Shown here piece by piece: positions 60,500-64,000 of a DNA stretch of 64,000 nt (positions are counted from its first letter, which is position 1; the number at the start of each line of letters is the position of its first letter). The stretch covers positions 224,001 through 288,000 of the forward strand of contig JBFMHR010000002.1 of NCBI GenBank assembly GCA_040751795.1, in the 5' to 3' direction. The notes below the pieces were generated by a model. That model was not told the DNA's origin. It made no database searches and saw nothing but the letters and a program-made list of their open reading frames with translations. The position numbers and the translations under genes were made by a program. This DNA is from Thermoplasmatota archaeon. Lineage in GTDB: Archaea > Thermoplasmatota > Thermoplasmata > UBA10834.

Positions 60500-60676
60500 G
60501 TCTATAAATAGCTATCTAGAAATCGGCCGACCCCCGTTTCCACTGCAACCTGTGGGGGACGCCGCCTCCCCGGGGCGGTCCCCTCGCGCCTGCGGCGCGA
60601 GCGCCCGTCGGAGGCGGGCCACGGATGTCCGGTTTGGGTGCATAATTTTTTAACCTGTCAGTGATTCCCTCAGTCC

Positions 60677-61969
60677 GTGCCTAGTCCGAGGGAGACAGCC
60701 CAGTCCATAAGGGTCCTCACCAGGAAGCACAACTCATGGTTCAAGGACTCCATCCCCCTGATCGCCTCCGAGAACGTCATGAGCCCACTGGCCCGCGAGG
60801 TCATGAACTCCGACCTCCACAACCGGTACGCCGAGGGGCTCCCCGGGAAGCGGTACTACCAGGGGAACATCTACGTCGACGAGATCGAGTCCCAGTGCGA
60901 GGCGCTCGCCAAGGATGTCTTCTCCTGCAAGTTCGCGGACGTCAGGCCCACCTCCGGCACGGTCTGCAACCTCGCCGTCCTCATGGCCATCGCGAAGCCC
61001 AGGGACAAGATGACCACGGTCGCCCTCTCCGACGGCGGCCACATATCCCATGCGAAGATAGGCGCCACAGGCCTCCGCGGGGTCAAGACGTTCAACTACC
61101 CGTTCGACGAGGACACGATGAACATCGATGTCCAGGGGACGAAGAGGCTCATCAGGGAGGTCAGGCCCCAGGTCGCCCTCTTCGGGCAGTCCGTGTACCT
61201 GTTCCCGACCCCGCTGGACGAGGTGAGGGAGGTCTTCGACGAGGTCGGGTGCAGGACATGGTACGACGCGGCCCACGTCCTAGGCCTCATCGCCGGCAAG
61301 AGGTTCCAGGACCCCATGCGCCAGGGCATCGACGTCGTCTCCGGGAGCACCCACAAGACCCTCCCCGGGCCGCAGCACGGGGTCATCCTCTCCGACCTCT
61401 CCGAGGAGGGGCTCGAGCCCGCCCTGAGGCGCGGCGTGTTCCCCGGAGTCACGAGCAACCACCACCTCCACTCCGTGGCCGCGCTCGCCGTGACGCTGGC
61501 TGAGACGAAGGAGTTCGGGGAGGCGTACGCCGACCAGACCGTCAGGAACGCGAAGGCGCTCGCCCAGGCCCTTCACACGAGGGGCATGGACGTCCTCTGC
61601 GAGAAGCACGGGTTCACCGAGTCGCACACGATAGTCGTGGACGTCGAGGAGTTCAGGGGAGGCGCGAAGGTCGCCAAGGCGCTCGAGGCGGCCAACATCA
61701 TCGTCAACAAGAACCTCCTGCCCTGGGACTCCGACCCTGTGAGGCCGTCCGGCATACGCCTGGGCTCACAGGAGGTCACCAGGCTCGGCATGGAGGAGAG
61801 GGACATGGACGCCGTCGCCGAGCTGATCGCCAGGGTCGCCAAGGGCGAGGACCCGGCGAAGGTGAGGGCCGACGCGGCCGCGCTCAAGGGCGGCTTCACC
61901 AAGGTCCACTACTGCTTCTTCGAGGGCGAGGAGGCCTACGACTACCCCTCGTACGACGGCGACGTCTGA
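60677..61969 (+). CDS. glyA: Serine hydroxymethyltransferase (archaeal type)
   Basis: LIASEN, YAEGLPGKRYYQG, GGHISH, DAAH, STHKTLPGP, PSGIRLG. Confidence 0.96.
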   Translation: MPSPRETAQSIRVLTRKHNSWFKDSIPLIASENVMSPLAREVMNSDLHNRYAEGLPGKRYYQGNIYVDEIESQCEALAKDVFSCKFADVRPTSGTVCNLAVLMAIAKPRDKMTTVALSDGGHISHAKIGATGLRGVKTFNYPFDEDTMNIDVQGTKRLIREVRPQVALFGQSVYLFPTPLDEVREVFDEVGCRTWYDAAHVLGLIAGKRFQDPMRQGIDVVSGSTHKTLPGPQHGVILSDLSEEGLEPALRRGVFPGVTSNHHLHSVAALAVTLAETKEFGEAYADQTVRNAKALAQALHTRGMDVLCEKHGFTESHTIVVDVEEFRGGAKVAKALEAANIIVNKNLLPWDSDPVRPSGIRLGSQEVTRLGMEERDMDAVAELIARVAKGEDPAKVRADAAALKGGFTKVHYCFFEGEEAYDYPSYDGDV

Positions 61970-62045
61970 GGCGTGTCCGCCCCCCGATAGGCACGCCTGC
62001 AGGTTTATTACCGGACAGCATCATCCCTCTTCCTACTGATCCGGG

Positions 62046-62825
62046 ATGGCTGCTAGCATTCGCGCGGTCCAGACGGCTATCGCGCTGGTCAACGTGCTGA
62101 TATTCGCGCTGGTGTTCACCAGCCTGTGGCCTTTCCCGAGCGGTGACTTCAACATCGACCTCCCCAGCGCCAACGACGTGGTGTGGGACTACGACGACGG
62201 CGTCGTGACGGTCTCGGCCCCGTACTCGATCGACAACGGAGGCTTCTACGACGTGGAGGACCTCCTGCTCACGTACGACGTCAGGAACTACTCGGGCGAG
62301 GAGCTCCACTCGGGCGAGGTGGAGATAGGGACCCTCCCGGCGGGCCAGGTCTCGGCCGACTCCATCGACTTCACCTTCCCGATACTCGAGATGTACGAGT
62401 CGGGCGAGACGTGGATGGTGTTCAACGACGCCTTCCTCACCTTCAGGGTGGACGTCTCGTGCTACTACACCATGAGGCTCGTCCACTTCTACGCCGAGTA
62501 CAACGTGAGCGTGCCGTGGGAGGCGCTGATCCAGGAGGTCGAGTTCGACGGCGCGAGCGTCGACGACGGCCTCCTCCTCATCGACTACCACATCGCCACC
62601 TCCGACATATTCGACGGGCTCACGACGATGGACGTGTACCTGTACAACGGCACGGACCTCGTCGGCCACGAGTGGGAGACCATCTCCCTCGGGGGGTACC
62701 ACGACGGGACCTTCGCCTTCCCGCTGCCCCTCTCGTCGGTCCCGGACCGGGTCGTCTTCAGCGCCCAGGTCTACGACTTCCCCGTCGTGGAGACCGTAGC
62801 CTTCGACCCGGGGTGGTTGGCGTGA
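62046..62825 (+). CDS. Hypothetical protein, N-terminal TM anchor plus acidic beta-rich domain
   Basis: Hydrophobic N-terminus; genome-typical codon usage; GTGA overlap with the next gene. Confidence 0.7.
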   Translation: MAASIRAVQTAIALVNVLIFALVFTSLWPFPSGDFNIDLPSANDVVWDYDDGVVTVSAPYSIDNGGFYDVEDLLLTYDVRNYSGEELHSGEVEIGTLPAGQVSADSIDFTFPILEMYESGETWMVFNDAFLTFRVDVSCYYTMRLVHFYAEYNVSVPWEALIQEVEFDGASVDDGLLLIDYHIATSDIFDGLTTMDVYLYNGTDLVGHEWETISLGGYHDGTFAFPLPLSSVPDRVVFSAQVYDFPVVETVAFDPGWLA

Positions 62826-63535
62826 GCAAGAGCAGGTTCTCCGACGCCGTCTGGACGGCGTTCACTGAGTCGCTCCGGTTCATCGTCGTGCCGCTGATCC
62901 TCATCGACCTCGTCACCAGCCACTACCCGCAGCTCGCCACGGCCTTCATGACGGAGATAGAGGGGTTCGTCCTCTTCTTCGGCGGGATGATCGTGGCCGC
63001 GAGCACCCTGGAGTCGGTCCACAGGGCGGGGACCTACAAGCGCCTGCTGTTCGGCCTGTCGGCGCTCATCTTCGTCTGCATGTGGCTCTTCGTCATATTC
63101 GGCGGGGGCATGGCGGAGTTCTCGTACGGCCCGTACTTCGTGCGCATGGACCTGACGAAGATCGTGTTCATCATCCTGGCCGGGGTCTCCCTCAAGGGGG
63201 TCCTGGTCTACATGACCTTCTCGGCCCACAGGAGGGCGGAGGTCGAGCGCGCGAGGAAGAAGAGGGTCGAGGAGGCCGTGAGGGCCCGGGAGGAGGCGGC
63301 GCTGGTTAAGAGGAGGAGGCCCGCCCACGCGGCGCCCCGCGCGGCCTTCGCCGACTTCAGCTCGGCCGAGTTCGAGGTCACCGCGGACGACGAGGTCGGG
63401 TACACGCCGGCCCCGAACGCGAAGGACGCCGCGAAGGGGATGAAGATCTGCGAGGTCTGCGGCGCGTCCGCCCCGACCAAGGACTACGTCTGCAAGAACT
63501 GCGGCTCGTGGTTCCCCGCGGATTCGGTCACCTAG
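62822..63535 (+). CDS. Hypothetical 4-TM membrane protein with C-terminal zinc ribbon
   Basis: GTG start in GTGA overlap; four hydrophobic segments; CEVCG..CKNCG. Confidence 0.72.
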   Translation: MSKSRFSDAVWTAFTESLRFIVVPLILIDLVTSHYPQLATAFMTEIEGFVLFFGGMIVAASTLESVHRAGTYKRLLFGLSALIFVCMWLFVIFGGGMAEFSYGPYFVRMDLTKIVFIILAGVSLKGVLVYMTFSAHRRAEVERARKKRVEEAVRAREEAALVKRRRPAHAAPRAAFADFSSAEFEVTADDEVGYTPAPNAKDAAKGMKICEVCGASAPTKDYVCKNCGSWFPADSVT

Positions 63536-64000
63536 GGGCCGCGCCGAGCGCCTCGAGCATCTGGCAGGCCTTGCACCTCTCCGAGACCGCGGGCTCCCCG
63601 CAGGCGCACTTCCCAAGGACGGCCGGCGCGAAGGCCGCCTCGAGGGCGGGGCGCAGGTCGTCGAGGCTCCTGAGCAGCGAGTGCCTCGTCCCGGGGAACC
63701 TGTCCTCGAGAGTGGCCAGGACCTCCCTGTACGAGTTCCTCACCGCGCCGGGGGCGTACGGGCACTCGAGGTCGTGGAACTCCAGCCCGTTGACCATGGC
63801 GTACAGCAGCGACTCGCTCTCCGGTATCGTCCTCAGGGGCTGCAACCTCCTGACCAGCCCGGGCTGCTCCCTCCTGTGCGGGCCGAGCCTCGCGAGCCTC
63901 TCGACGTCACCCCGGGCGAAGTCCATCAGTATCGACTGGGCGGTGTCGTCCAGGTTCAGGCCCGTGGCGATGTGCGTCGCCCCCCACCCGCGCGCCGCCG
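63528..64000 (-). CDS. TIGR00269 / NcsA-TtuA tRNA 2-thiolation protein (5'-partial)
   Basis: ATHIATGLNLDD.AQS, RLQPL.TIPE.E, CPYA, C-terminal CACG..CKAC. Confidence 0.88.
   Translation of the reverse strand, partial: AARGWGATHIATGLNLDDTAQSILMDFARGDVERLARLGPHRREQPGLVRRLQPLRTIPESESLLYAMVNGLEFHDLECPYAPGAVRNSYREVLATLEDRFPGTRHSLLRSLDDLRPALEAAFAPAVLGKCACGEPAVSERCKACQMLEALGAAPR

Overview
GC-rich, gene-dense archaeal chromosomal segment with many ATGA/GTGA/TTGA stop-start overlaps, TATA-like promoters and GGAGG/GGTGA Shine-Dalgarno (SD) sites. Gene content (Dph5, archaeal aroA'/aroB'/aroK, archaeal ribC/ribL, Trm5, TIGR00269, Thermoplasmata-style surface proteins) suggests Thermoplasmatota (inference). 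About 57 CDS, including a 12-gene minus-strand operon (archaeal shikimate pathway + asd + sulfide-dependent homocysteine module + aspartokinase), carAB, ribB-ribL-ribC-ribH, mre11/rad50 (SbcCD-like), thi4, glyA, gcvH, an ABC exporter and peptidases. No tRNA, rRNA, CRISPR array or transposase was recognised. Highlights: (1) a corrinoid protein plus an MtmB homolog with Met instead of pyrrolysine and altered active-site residues; (2) two TATA-led intergenic structured-RNA candidates (15851-16021 +, 7657-7773 -) that may share an architecture; (3) apparent CTG (and possibly ACG) start codons needed to recover conserved N-termini; (4) a divergent FtsZ-like protein lacking the T7 loop; (5) operator-like palindromes at the aro operon and a double-RHH gene; (6) zinc-ribbon/pilin-like and Ig-TM-longin-like membrane proteins. 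All calls come from motif recognition by eye; no searches or folding programs were run.
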